The notes beneath the pieces were generated by a model. That model was not told where the DNA came from and searched no databases. It saw only the letters and a program-made list of their open reading frames with translations. Positions 18,136-26,995 of a DNA stretch of 64,000 nt are shown here, piece by piece (the first letter of the stretch is position 1; each line of letters begins with the position of its first letter). The DNA is from Verrucomicrobiia bacterium. Its GTDB lineage: Bacteria > Patescibacteriota > Saccharimonadia > Saccharimonadales > JAGQNK01. Location: NCBI GenBank assembly GCA_035489575.1, contig DATHJY010000004.1:91483-155482 (forward strand), read 5' to 3'. The position numbers and the translations under genes were made by a program.

Positions 18136-18636
18136 GTGTCCGCTTTTCAATCTCCTGGCCGCCGAGTGCTGCTGGGTGTCCTGGTTCTCCTGGCCCTCGC
18201 GGTCTCCGCCTGTGGTGGCGACGCTGGTGCCAGTGGCAGCCGACCCAATGCCAACCGCAACGTCCAGACCTTCGACGACGTGCGGGATGACTACACCTTC
18301 ACCGCCGAGGACTACAGCGACGAGATCCTGGACTACGCCGAGGATTTTCCCGAGCTCGACTTCCTGAACAACCGGGACCTCCTGGACAACGTGGCTTGGC
18401 TGTGCGCCGAGGTGGACGTCACGGGTGTTCAGACGGTGACCGCGGTCGACCGACTGGCTGCCAAGATCGGCCACCGGTGGCCGGAGGACCTGGATCCGCT
18501 GGCTGAAGCTGCCGGTTCGTACGTCTGTCCCGGCGTGATTAGCGACTACTACGTCGTCGACCCCTACGGCTACCGCGACTACATCGTCGAGGAAGATCCT
18601 TTCTTCGGCGATGATGGCTACTACGACGACTTCTAG
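18136..18636 (+). CDS. putative secreted lipoprotein, Asp/Tyr-rich (166 aa), high-GC gene
   Basis: GTG start preceded by agaggag. The signal peptide ends in lipobox LAVSAC. GC3-rich codon usage is unlike the neighbouring genes. Confidence 0.6.
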   Translation: MSAFQSPGRRVLLGVLVLLALAVSACGGDAGASGSRPNANRNVQTFDDVRDDYTFTAEDYSDEILDYAEDFPELDFLNNRDLLDNVAWLCAEVDVTGVQTVTAVDRLAAKIGHRWPEDLDPLAEAAGSYVCPGVISDYYVVDPYGYRDYIVEEDPFFGDDGYYDDF

Positions 18637-18939
18637 AGCCGTCGGCGATAGAAACATCTGATAGGGAACCGCGCGTGGCGTTGGTGGCAATTGACTGGAG
18701 GACATCCTTCATCAAGACCCATCAATGCCCCGCGCGACCCACCCACGATTATTATTTTTGAAGATTCGCTGCCAATACAGCTCATCAGTACAGCTTGAGA
18801 TTACTATCTCTACTCTGCAGTCTTCGGGTGGATGGTCTCTTGTGGTTCAGGGGGCGCTAGTGGCGTCCAACGAATCATAAAGACCACCCACCCGGTGATT
18901 TGATATCTGGTCACCACTCCAGAGGCGCTGTACTGGCGG

Positions 18940-19344
18940 CTAACTGATGGGGCCTGACATCGGGGTCTGACAGTTTTGGCAGAAGTACCGGCCGGGCGCA
19001 TTGATCTTTCCGCATACTCGGCAGGTTGGGGAGGAGGTTTTCTTTTCTTCCAGAGAGGATGAGGTGGGCAGGGTGCCGAGTGGTTCTGGGGACGGCATGG
19101 GTGGGTAGATGACGTTCGTGCCTTCGGGATCTTTTTCTCGTGAAGCAGCATTCACAAGGGCTACCATGGCAGCAACAAAGCAGGCGACCATGATCAGCAC
19201 CAGGGGGATGGGGAGTTGACCGGCGTCCAGCCGTAATCCAATCCAGGCCACCAGTGTCACAAGCAGCACACCAACAAGACAACGTCCCGCCACGGCAGGT
19301 GTCATGTCTGTACCTCTTTCTAAGATGTGAGCTAACCAAGCCAA
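18940..19344 (-). CDS. membrane protein with C-terminal zinc-ribbon (CxxC...CxxC)
   Basis: Two hydrophobic helices followed by CRVCGKINAPGRYFCQNC. The start is uncertain; MTPAVAG at 19305 is also possible. It lies in the high-GC segment. Confidence 0.5.
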   Translation of the reverse strand: MAWLAHILERGTDMTPAVAGRCLVGVLLVTLVAWIGLRLDAGQLPIPLVLIMVACFVAAMVALVNAASREKDPEGTNVIYPPMPSPEPLGTLPTSSSLEEKKTSSPTCRVCGKINAPGRYFCQNCQTPMSGPIS

Positions 19345-19466
19345 CCTTGGTCAGTACAGCTACTGATGCGTTTTTCAGCGCAGGAGTACTATGATTATAC
19401 AATGTTACTGTCATAGCAGCGAGGTGGGTGCCAAGACTGCCGGCCAGCTGCGTTAAAAACATAACC

Positions 19467-20376
19467 CCGTGAATCACGAAACCCCCAACACATAAAGCAC
19501 CCGTTTTGCTACTCTTGAAGTGCTAGCTAAAAGAGGAAACAAACATGAGTGCTTTACAAAAACATCATATCGTCGATCTGTTTGTTTGGGTAGACGAATG
19601 TCTACCCAAACACGAGCCTTATCCGTTCGGTGGTCGTCCTTCGGCTCTCCGGGATAGTGAGCTGCTCACTATCCTCATCTGGGACGGCCTCAACGAACCG
19701 CACAAAACACTCAAGGCCATTCATTCCTGGATACGGCGGGATTATGGAGATTACTTTCCTCACCTGCCCAAGTACCAGAACTTTGTGGCTCACTGCCACC
19801 GGCTACTGCCAGCTATGATCTGGCTGTTGCAGTCCTTGCTGCGCTACGATGCGGCCCTGCGCTTTGCCGACAGCACCATGCTGGAAGTATCCAAGAACCA
19901 CCGAGCCGACCACCACAAGGTTGCCCGAAGTGTGGCCGCCTGGGGCAAGAACTGGCAGGGCTGGCACTACGGCTTCAAGCTGCACGCCAGCATTGACCAG
20001 AACAACAACCTAACTGGTATCTGTTTCACCCCGGCCAATGGCTATGACGCTCAACACATGGAGCAACTGGCGAAAGGCGCGACCAAAGTCCTCGTTGGCG
20101 ATAGCCACTACGGAGCCAGCCCGATGAGAAGGCGGCTCTGGAAGAAGCACGGCATTATTGTTATTGCACCGCCGCACTACAAACAGCGCAAGAAGCTCAT
20201 GAGCGGAATGCAATTCCTACTCCTGAATATGCGGTCCAAGATTGAAGCGACCTTCGACTACCTCAAGGAGCACATGCACCTGGTTAGCTCGTTCCCGAGG
20301 AGCGTGAACGGCTACGCCGTTCACTACCTACGGACGCTGCTCGGTTACCAGATGGGGAGGGTTTCGTGATTCACGG
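19467..20376 (+). mobile_element. insertion sequence (910 bp), IS982-like / IS5-superfamily DDE type
   Basis: Perfect 18-bp terminal inverted repeats: ccgtgaatcacgaaaccc (19467-19484) and gggtttcgtgattcacgg (20359-20376). The 6-bp direct repeat ataacc flanks both ends (19461-19466 and 20377-20382). Confidence 0.85.
19545..20369 (+). CDS. DDE transposase (274 aa)
   Basis: The blocks ADSTMLEV, WHYGFKLHASID, VLVGDSHYG and RSKIEATFDYLK resemble IS982/IS5-type DDE transposases. The ORF ends inside the right TIR. Confidence 0.85.
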   Translation: MSALQKHHIVDLFVWVDECLPKHEPYPFGGRPSALRDSELLTILIWDGLNEPHKTLKAIHSWIRRDYGDYFPHLPKYQNFVAHCHRLLPAMIWLLQSLLRYDAALRFADSTMLEVSKNHRADHHKVARSVAAWGKNWQGWHYGFKLHASIDQNNNLTGICFTPANGYDAQHMEQLAKGATKVLVGDSHYGASPMRRRLWKKHGIIVIAPPHYKQRKKLMSGMQFLLLNMRSKIEATFDYLKEHMHLVSSFPRSVNGYAVHYLRTLLGYQMGRVS

Positions 20377-20385
20377 ATAACCAGA

Positions 20386-20414
20386 TTGACAAACGTTGTA
20401 ATTTTTGTTATAAT
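20386..20414 (+). promoter_or_regulatory. consensus sigma70 promoter TTGACA-17-TATAAT upstream of ftsK
   Basis: ttgaca at 20386-20391, a 17-nt spacer, then tataat at 20409-20414. The 9-bp inverted repeat gttgtaatt/aattacaac (20395-20403 and 20412-20420) overlaps the -10. Confidence 0.55.
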
Positions 20415-20507
20415 TACAACATGAAAGTTAGTACAAAAACAAGGGTAACTAGCCGCCAACATACCCCTGGTATAACAGGGTAAAACGGTATACACTAGGT
20501 AGCGCAT

Positions 20508-22718
20508 ATGGCTAAAAAAAGACAGACCAGAAAGAAAAAAATCGAACCAGAGGTAGCAGAGAAGTCTCCCTTTTTGCCGTTGGCCGGGGCTATCTTGTTA
20601 TTCATCGCTGCTTTCTTCTTGCTGCTGGGTGGCTTTGGTAGTGGTGGTCCACTGCCTATTGGCATGTTCCACGGAGCCTACTGGGCACTGGGGTGGGGAG
20701 CCTACCTGACACCACTCGCACTTATATTCTTTGGACTTTGGAAGTTCACCAGCGAAGGCCACCGTATTCCAGTGCAGAAGCTTATCGGCATGGTGACGCT
20801 ACTGATCTTTCTGGCCGCTTGGTTGCACGTAGCCTTTGTTACTAAGCATGCCGCCGAGGCATTTGTTGGTGGCCACGGCGGGGCCGCCGGACTTGGGCTG
20901 GGTGGTCTGGTACTGAACGCACTAGACAAGGTGCCAGCCTCTATCCTGTTCTTGGTGTTGGCAACTCTTATGTTTTTCCTGACCTTTGGCATCTCGCCCA
21001 AGGTGCTGATGAACTTGCTCAACATCTTTAAGCGTCCAGAATCTGATGACACTGACCTGGCTGAGCTGAAGGCTCGGGCCGCCGACAATGGCTTTAAACT
21101 GAACGAAGGGGTGCCGGTAGAACACCACAACGCTCGCGACCGAGCGCGCATGAGTAGCCTTAAGAATACTGCCGCCAAACTGTCCCCGCCCGAAGACCAC
21201 GCTGCTCTGACGGCCGCCAGCGATCCAAACTGGCAGTTTCCACCTATGAGCTTGCTAAATCAAAAGCAGGACAAGGCCGACGCCGGCGACGTAGAAGGCA
21301 ACGCCGAGGCTATCAAAGAAACCTTTGCCAACTTCAATATAGATGTCGAGATGGAAGGTGCCAATATTGGCCCGCGGGTAACCCAGTTCACTCTCAAGCC
21401 GCCTAATGGCGTCAAGCTGACCAAGATGACCGCCCTAGAGAACAACCTAGCTCTGGACTTGGCAGCACATTCTATCCGCATGGAAGCACCTATCCCCGGC
21501 AAACGTGCTGTGGGTGTAGAAGTGCCCAATGTTAAATCTGCCACTGTACGAATCAGCAGCCTGTTGCAATCCAACGAATGGAGCTCGGTGGATAGCCCCT
21601 TGGGCTTTGTGATCGGTAAGGATATCGCCGGTCAGCCTGTAGTGGGCAATTTGGGTAAGATGCCCCACTTATTGGTTGCTGGTCAGACGGGTTCCGGTAA
21701 GTCGGTCATGATCAACGCCATTCTGACGAGCTTGCTGTACCGCAACAGTCCCTCGGACCTCAAACTGATTCTGGTGGACCCCAAACAGGTAGAACTGAAG
21801 CCTTATGATGACATCCCACACTTGCTGACACCGGTCATAACTGAACCAGAAAAGTGCATCAGCGCCCTCAAGTGGACGGTGGCCGAGATGGAACGCCGCT
21901 ACAAAGCCCTCAGCGATGTACACCGTCGCAATATCGTAGAATACAACGCACTCAAAAAAGAAGAGGGCATGCCTTACATTGTGGTGGTTATAGACGAATT
22001 AGCCGACCTTATGATGATGGCCGCCCGTGATGTCGAGGCTCTAGTAGTGCGTATTGCCCAGAAGGCTCGGGCCGTGGGCATCCACCTGGTGCTGGCCACG
22101 CAGCGTCCGTCTGTCGATGTTATCACCGGACTTATCAAGGCTAATGTACCAGCTCGTATCGCCTTTACCACAGCCAGCCAGGTAGATTCACGCACTATCA
22201 TAGACCAAATGGGTGCCGAGAAGCTGCTGGGCATGGGTGACATGCTACTGCTGACTGCCGACATGCCCAAACCCAAGCGCGTTCAGGGTGCTCTGATAGA
22301 CGACAACGAAACTCTGAAAGTTACTGACTTTATTCGCCAGCAGCGTCCACCACAGTACGACGAAGAGATCATCAGCCAACCCGTCCAGCTGAACGGCAAA
22401 GGTGGTATCGTGGCTGATCCGAGTGCTGGTGACGACACCAACGATCCCCTGTATAAAGACGCCGTCCAGGCTGTTATAGACGGTCGCAAAGCTAGTACCA
22501 GTCTGTTGCAGCGTCGCCTGCGCATAGGCTACGGCAAGGCTGCACGATTTATCGAAACCATGGAAGAGCAGGGTATTATCAGCTCCGCAGATGGCAATCG
22601 TCCCCGCGAAGTGCTGGTGACTTCACTAGACGAAGTCTTTGGCGGTGGTGCAGCGGCACCCATTCAGGCACTTGCTACAGATGCCGTCCTAGACGAAAAC
22701 TTCCCCGAAGAGGCGTAA
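20508..22718 (+). CDS. ftsK: DNA translocase FtsK/SpoIIIE
   Basis: N-terminal TM helices, Walker A GQTGSGKS, VVVIDELADLMM, and a C-terminal gamma winged-helix (LLQRRLRIGYGKAARFIE). Confidence 0.95.
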   Translation: MAKKRQTRKKKIEPEVAEKSPFLPLAGAILLFIAAFFLLLGGFGSGGPLPIGMFHGAYWALGWGAYLTPLALIFFGLWKFTSEGHRIPVQKLIGMVTLLIFLAAWLHVAFVTKHAAEAFVGGHGGAAGLGLGGLVLNALDKVPASILFLVLATLMFFLTFGISPKVLMNLLNIFKRPESDDTDLAELKARAADNGFKLNEGVPVEHHNARDRARMSSLKNTAAKLSPPEDHAALTAASDPNWQFPPMSLLNQKQDKADAGDVEGNAEAIKETFANFNIDVEMEGANIGPRVTQFTLKPPNGVKLTKMTALENNLALDLAAHSIRMEAPIPGKRAVGVEVPNVKSATVRISSLLQSNEWSSVDSPLGFVIGKDIAGQPVVGNLGKMPHLLVAGQTGSGKSVMINAILTSLLYRNSPSDLKLILVDPKQVELKPYDDIPHLLTPVITEPEKCISALKWTVAEMERRYKALSDVHRRNIVEYNALKKEEGMPYIVVVIDELADLMMMAARDVEALVVRIAQKARAVGIHLVLATQRPSVDVITGLIKANVPARIAFTTASQVDSRTIIDQMGAEKLLGMGDMLLLTADMPKPKRVQGALIDDNETLKVTDFIRQQRPPQYDEEIISQPVQLNGKGGIVADPSAGDDTNDPLYKDAVQAVIDGRKASTSLLQRRLRIGYGKAARFIETMEEQGIISSADGNRPREVLVTSLDEVFGGGAAAPIQALATDAVLDENFPEEA

Positions 22719-22779
22719 AGCCCTCCACCCCATCCCCAATCTGCGCGTGTTCGACCCTATCACACCGAATAGTTTATGG

Positions 22780-23517
22780 CTAGGCAGCGATAGTGGGAAT
22801 GAGGTTGAGGGCTCGGGGTCCTACAAACTTGCCCAGGGGTTGTGCTAGTTCTTCGGGTCGGCCCTCCAGGCCTGTTAATCTAAAGCCAGGTGGCAGTTTT
22901 TCGTGGCGGGCCAGCTGGCGCTCCCAGCCTTCAAAGTTCTTAGCAAACTCTTCCTGGATATATTCTTCGCCGATAACGTCTATACCCTCATGATCTTCGG
23001 GGATTTCTACAGCACATCCAGAAATATTCTGGCGGCGTTTGTGGGCTAGGCGTTCGTGCGCCGAAGCTTTGCGGGCTGCAACGAACAAGCCGTTGGCTAC
23101 GCGCCACGATTCTACTCGTAGTGCCATAATTTCTGGGCCAGGAAGTTCCGGCGGGCGACTGACCTTGTGCAGCCAGTTATGAAAAATCCGTGGTACCAGG
23201 GCTATATTAATAGGCAGATTACGAAAAGCTGCTGGGTCACCAATGCCCAAAGGGGATTCCCAGCGAGCATACTCGGCTCCGGGCCAGTACAGGTGATGGC
23301 GATCATGAGGGGTACCACTCCACTCGTAAGTAGGGTCGATGGTTTCCTTTACTGCTTGTATAAGTTCAGGAACAATCACAAACCCACGATCGTCTACCGG
23401 GGTATCTAGTTTGTACTTGAGGGGGTCTATCTGCCATGCGTCTCTGGGTGGCAGCCACAGCGAGTCCTGTATGCCATCCATAGCTTCAATCTCGTATTCA
23501 TTCCCGCGTGGCTTCAT
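22780..23517 (-). CDS. hypothetical protein (245 aa)
   Basis: Long ORF with His-rich patches (HDRHHLYWP, FHNWLHK). No family assigned. Confidence 0.5.
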   Translation of the reverse strand: MKPRGNEYEIEAMDGIQDSLWLPPRDAWQIDPLKYKLDTPVDDRGFVIVPELIQAVKETIDPTYEWSGTPHDRHHLYWPGAEYARWESPLGIGDPAAFRNLPINIALVPRIFHNWLHKVSRPPELPGPEIMALRVESWRVANGLFVAARKASAHERLAHKRRQNISGCAVEIPEDHEGIDVIGEEYIQEEFAKNFEGWERQLARHEKLPPGFRLTGLEGRPEELAQPLGKFVGPRALNLIPTIAA

Positions 23518-23594
23518 CTAGTAAGGTAATTTAACCATATGCACATAAAGTAAGAAACCCCGGCCACCGACCGGGCTCTTTACGATACCGGTGG

Positions 23595-23623
23595 TTGACC
23601 AACAGGGGTAATTAGGGTAGAAT
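23595..23623 (+). promoter_or_regulatory. sigma70-like promoter (TTGACC-17-TAGAAT) for the rpsF operon
   Basis: ttgacc at 23595-23600, a 17-nt spacer, then tagaat at 23618-23623, with a ~60-nt leader containing a hairpin. Confidence 0.5.
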
Positions 23624-23686
23624 ACACGTATTATTAGCTCAGCTTACATCCTTGAGAGTGTAGGCTTTAACCAAAGGAGACGTCTT

Positions 23687-24076
23687 ATGGCACAGTATGA
23701 AATTGCTGTACTGTATCACCCCGACCTCGAAGTAGACCTGAGTAAGGCCGAGGAAAAGGTGAACAAGATTATCGCCGACAACGGTGGCAAGGTGACTGCT
23801 ACTGATAACTGGGGCAAGCGCAAGCTGGCCTACGCTATCAATAAGCAGGAACACGCTATCTACGTGTTTTACACCGTAGAAATGCCGGGCGAAGGTGTCA
23901 AAAAGGTAGAAAGTATCCTCAACATTACTGATGAGGTTATCCGCTATCTGATCACCAAGCCTGATCTGAAGGCCATTGCCAAGGCAGAAGCCGCCAAGGC
24001 CGAAAAGGCCAAGAAGGCAGCCGAGCGCGGTGACCGCGGCGATGACGACGAGTCAGACAAAACGGAAGAAGAATAG
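23687..24076 (+). CDS. rpsF: 30S ribosomal protein S6 with acidic tail
   Basis: YEIAVLYHPDLE...WGKRKLAYAI is canonical S6. Confidence 0.9.
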   Translation: MAQYEIAVLYHPDLEVDLSKAEEKVNKIIADNGGKVTATDNWGKRKLAYAINKQEHAIYVFYTVEMPGEGVKKVESILNITDEVIRYLITKPDLKAIAKAEAAKAEKAKKAAERGDRGDDDESDKTEEE

Positions 24077-24301
24077 ACTTGACGACCACTTGTGGTCGGC
24101 ATAGGGTATGAGTAGTTAACAACACTTGCAGAATCTACGCACTTGAGCTGATGACTTTCGGTGCGGCCGCGAGGAACGCAAGCGAGGCGTACAAGATTGT
24201 ACGGTGAGCGCGTACCGGAGGGGCCAAGCCGAAAAGCAGCCAAGAAGCCCTTTAGGGCTGGTGCGTGATTCTGAAGACATAGTTCTTATAAGGAGGGAAA
24301 T

Positions 24302-24790
24302 ATGGCACGTTCATTCAACCAAGTTATCTTGATGGGAAACCTAACCCGTGACCCAGAACTTCGGCAAACGCCGAACGGTACTAGCGTTACCAGCTTTAGC
24401 CTGGCACTCAACCGTAGCTACAAAGGCTCGGACGGCAATTGGCAAGAAGCTACCGACTACATAGACGTAGTGGCCTGGGGACCTTTAGGCGAACGCGTTT
24501 CGCAGTACCTGACCAAAGGTCGCCCATGCCTGGTCAACGGACGCATGCAGTCGCGCAGCTGGGACGACAAAGAAACTGGTGCCAAGCGCAGCAAGGTAGA
24601 AGTCGTTGCTCAGGATGTAACCTTCCTAGGTGGTCCTGGTGGCGGAGATGGCGGTGGCGGTGGTAATCCCGGTGGTGCAGCAAGCAACGCATCTGGCCCA
24701 GCCCGACCCAGCCAGCCACCCAAAAAAGATGACGTTGTCATAGAGGACATTGGCGACGAGCCAATAAACCTCGACGACATCCCATTTTAA
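24302..24790 (+). CDS. ssb: single-stranded DNA-binding protein
   Basis: NQVILMGNLTRDPELRQTPNG OB-fold, a Gly-rich linker and an acidic tip ending DDIPF. Confidence 0.95.
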   Translation: MARSFNQVILMGNLTRDPELRQTPNGTSVTSFSLALNRSYKGSDGNWQEATDYIDVVAWGPLGERVSQYLTKGRPCLVNGRMQSRSWDDKETGAKRSKVEVVAQDVTFLGGPGGGDGGGGGNPGGAASNASGPARPSQPPKKDDVVIEDIGDEPINLDDIPF

Positions 24791-24800
24791 GGAAAAGCAT

Positions 24801-25088
24801 ATGTCTCATAACTCTCAGGTCCAACTAGTCTGGCACATCGTCTATGACTTGTTACGTGGCCCAGGCAGCGCAAAGACATACAGCTCATACCTCAGCCTAG
24901 AGCCCCGCTTTGAAGAGGATTTGCTGGGCGACATTGCAGCTCTGCAAGAAGTTACCCCAGAGGACCGGGCTCAAACGGTGGAAGCCGTCCGGGCAAAGGT
25001 TTTTGTGGCACATGCTACAGGACTCTTTGGGGATACGGATTTAGAAAGAATCAATACCGAGCTTGATAAGCTCATCGAAGGAGAATAA
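24801..25088 (+). CDS. hypothetical small protein (95 aa) embedded between ssb and rpsR
   Basis: Tightly packed: 10 nt after ssb and 2 nt before rpsR. Helical-looking, no known motif. Confidence 0.45.
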   Translation: MSHNSQVQLVWHIVYDLLRGPGSAKTYSSYLSLEPRFEEDLLGDIAALQEVTPEDRAQTVEAVRAKVFVAHATGLFGDTDLERINTELDKLIEGE

Positions 25089-25090
25089 TT

Positions 25091-25294
25091 ATGGCTAAGA
25101 TTTTTAAGCACCGGACAGACGTAGCTTATTTTGACTACAAAGACTTCAAGACTTTGCAGCGCTACGTGAATCAGTTTGGTCAGATCGAGTCTCGCAAAAA
25201 GACTGGTCTGAAAGAGCACGAACAGCGTCGCCTAAGCGTCGCCATTAAGCGTGCCCGCCACATTGCTTTGCTGCCATTTGTAGCAAGCAGCTAA
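25091..25294 (+). CDS. rpsR: 30S ribosomal protein S18
   Basis: [28 protein letters not shown]...[19 protein letters not shown] is canonical S18. Confidence 0.9.
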   Translation: MAKIFKHRTDVAYFDYKDFKTLQRYVNQFGQIESRKKTGLKEHEQRRLSVAIKRARHIALLPFVASS

Positions 25295-25312
25295 ACGGGT
25301 ATAGTAAATACT

Positions 25313-25615
25313 ATGGATCAACGCTACAAAGAGCTACACAAAGAAGTGCAAAAGCTGCGCAGTAAAGTGCAGGGCCTGCTTGACGCGCCTGCCCACCGCC
25401 TGGCCCAAACACTCAAGACCGAAGTTCAGCGCCTCGAAGATGAAGTAGAAATGAGCAGGGCGCCCCGTGCACTCGAAGACCGCGTTAAGCTCATTCAGCG
25501 TCACCTGGCAGTGGCATCAGAAGGTGGCGACAATCTCATCATGAATGTTGAGCATGCCGATGACCTGCATAACATCTTTGAAGATCTGCGCGGGAAACTT
25601 CGCCGAATAGCATAA
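25313..25615 (+). CDS. hypothetical helical protein (100 aa), tandem paralog 1
   Basis: Same strand and tight spacing. The C-terminal block LIMNVEHADDLHNIFEDLRGKLRR resembles WVMNPAHLNDFDHRIEHLRVDIRS of the next ORF. Confidence 0.45.
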   Translation: MDQRYKELHKEVQKLRSKVQGLLDAPAHRLAQTLKTEVQRLEDEVEMSRAPRALEDRVKLIQRHLAVASEGGDNLIMNVEHADDLHNIFEDLRGKLRRIA

Positions 25616-25630
25616 AGATAAGGAGGGCTT

Positions 25631-25948
25631 ATGGAGGATATATATCGCCGTAACTTAAATGAGCAGCTTCGCCATATGCGCGAACATGCACATGACTCCT
25701 TTGAAAACCCCAATGATCCCAGGGCGCGTGCTATCTTTAACGAACTGCATAAAGCAGAAGAGCTGAACCAAGAAGGGCGTGGTCTGCGCGATGTACATAA
25801 CTCGCTGGAAGCCGCCCAGCGACTTATGCGTGAGACTCACAATTTGCCACAGAATCAGTGGGTGATGAACCCCGCGCATCTGAATGACTTCGATCACAGG
25901 ATTGAGCATCTGCGTGTTGATATACGCAGCCAAGACCATTACCAGTAG
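25631..25948 (+). CDS. hypothetical helical protein (105 aa), tandem paralog 2
   Basis: See 25313..25615. aggag lies upstream. Confidence 0.45.
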   Translation: MEDIYRRNLNEQLRHMREHAHDSFENPNDPRARAIFNELHKAEELNQEGRGLRDVHNSLEAAQRLMRETHNLPQNQWVMNPAHLNDFDHRIEHLRVDIRSQDHYQ

Positions 25949-25974
25949 AAACATACCGAAGGAGAACACCAGTT

Positions 25975-26541
25975 ATGGCTTTAGGAGTAACAGACCTCAA
26001 AAAAGGGCAAGTGTTTCAGCTGGACGGCACGCCGTACCGGGTGGTTGAGTATGCCCAAAAGGTGATGGGACGCGGCGGGTCTATTGTGAACGTAAAGATC
26101 AAAAGTCTTATCGATGGCAAAGTGCTGGACAAGACCTTCAAGGGCAACGAAGGCATAGAGGCGGCCGATATCACCAATAAGAATGTGCAGTATTTGTACA
26201 ACGACGGTAGCAACTTTTTCTTCATGGACGAAGCCACATACGAACAGTTTGAACTGCCGGCAGCCGATATGGAGGGCCAAGGCGGCTTTATGAAAGAAGG
26301 CGACAAGGTGCAGGCTCAGCTGTTCGACGGCCGGGTCATAAACATCGAGCTGCCCAAGAACGTACCACTCAAGGTGACGTATGCTGAGGACGTGGTCAAG
26401 GGCGACACTACCAGCAGTGTGCTCAAGGAGGCTACGGTAGAGACGGGTATTACCGTAAAAGTGCCGGCGTTTGTAAAAGTGGGCGATCTTATCAGTGTAG
26501 ACACTAGCACAGGAGCCTATCGTGAGAGAGTTAAAGACTAA
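25975..26541 (+). CDS. efp: elongation factor P
   Basis: LKKGQVFQLDGTPYRVVEYAQKVMGRGGSIVNVKIKSL plus the three-domain length. Confidence 0.95.
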   Translation: MALGVTDLKKGQVFQLDGTPYRVVEYAQKVMGRGGSIVNVKIKSLIDGKVLDKTFKGNEGIEAADITNKNVQYLYNDGSNFFFMDEATYEQFELPAADMEGQGGFMKEGDKVQAQLFDGRVINIELPKNVPLKVTYAEDVVKGDTTSSVLKEATVETGITVKVPAFVKVGDLISVDTSTGAYRERVKD

Positions 26542-26995
26542 TCCACAATCAATTGCCTACGGCATTCCGTCCTTCCAAAAAGGCCAGGTTTTCGACAGCG
26601 AATGGCCACTCCATATCACCTTGGTGCCTCGGTTTCATGATGCCCGGCCCCGAAGGTTGTTACGTGAGTTAGATGGTCTGGCTCAGCGTACTCGTTCTAT
26701 CGAAGTCAAAGTGGGCGAACATGCCTTGCTTGGGCCAGAGGGGAACGTTCCAGTCGAGCTGGTCGAGACGGGCAAGGATTTGCGCACTTTCCATACAAAT
26801 CTGATGGCTTGTGTGGTAAGAGCTAGTGGCGTGCTCGATGACGTCAGCTACGTGGGCTACAAATATAATGCCCATATTTCCAACCGCCAAGATCTGGAGG
26901 TGGACGATCTGTACATTATCGACGGCTTTGCACTCATGGCCGAAACCACTCCAGAACGCTACGAAGTGCAGGAAGTATTCAAGCTACATGACTAA
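26522..26995 (+). CDS. putative 2H phosphoesterase (LigT-like) superfamily protein
   Basis: Two H-x-T/S-x motifs (HITL, HISN) about 90 aa apart. The GTG start overlaps the efp end, and the 3' end overlaps the tlyA start by 8 nt. Confidence 0.45.
   Translation: MRELKTNPQSIAYGIPSFQKGQVFDSEWPLHITLVPRFHDARPRRLLRELDGLAQRTRSIEVKVGEHALLGPEGNVPVELVETGKDLRTFHTNLMACVVRASGVLDDVSYVGYKYNAHISNRQDLEVDDLYIIDGFALMAETTPERYEVQEVFKLHD

Noticed and set aside
24215-24240. The 11-mer aagcagccaag in the rpsF-ssb spacer is identical to part of the conserved SRP RNA domain IV strand (as I recall from E. coli 4.5S RNA).
   Set aside because: The flanking sequence does not form the expected helix 8 (no CC-GNAR-GG closing hairpin, and no 5' CAGG strand). 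An 11-mer match is expected by chance.
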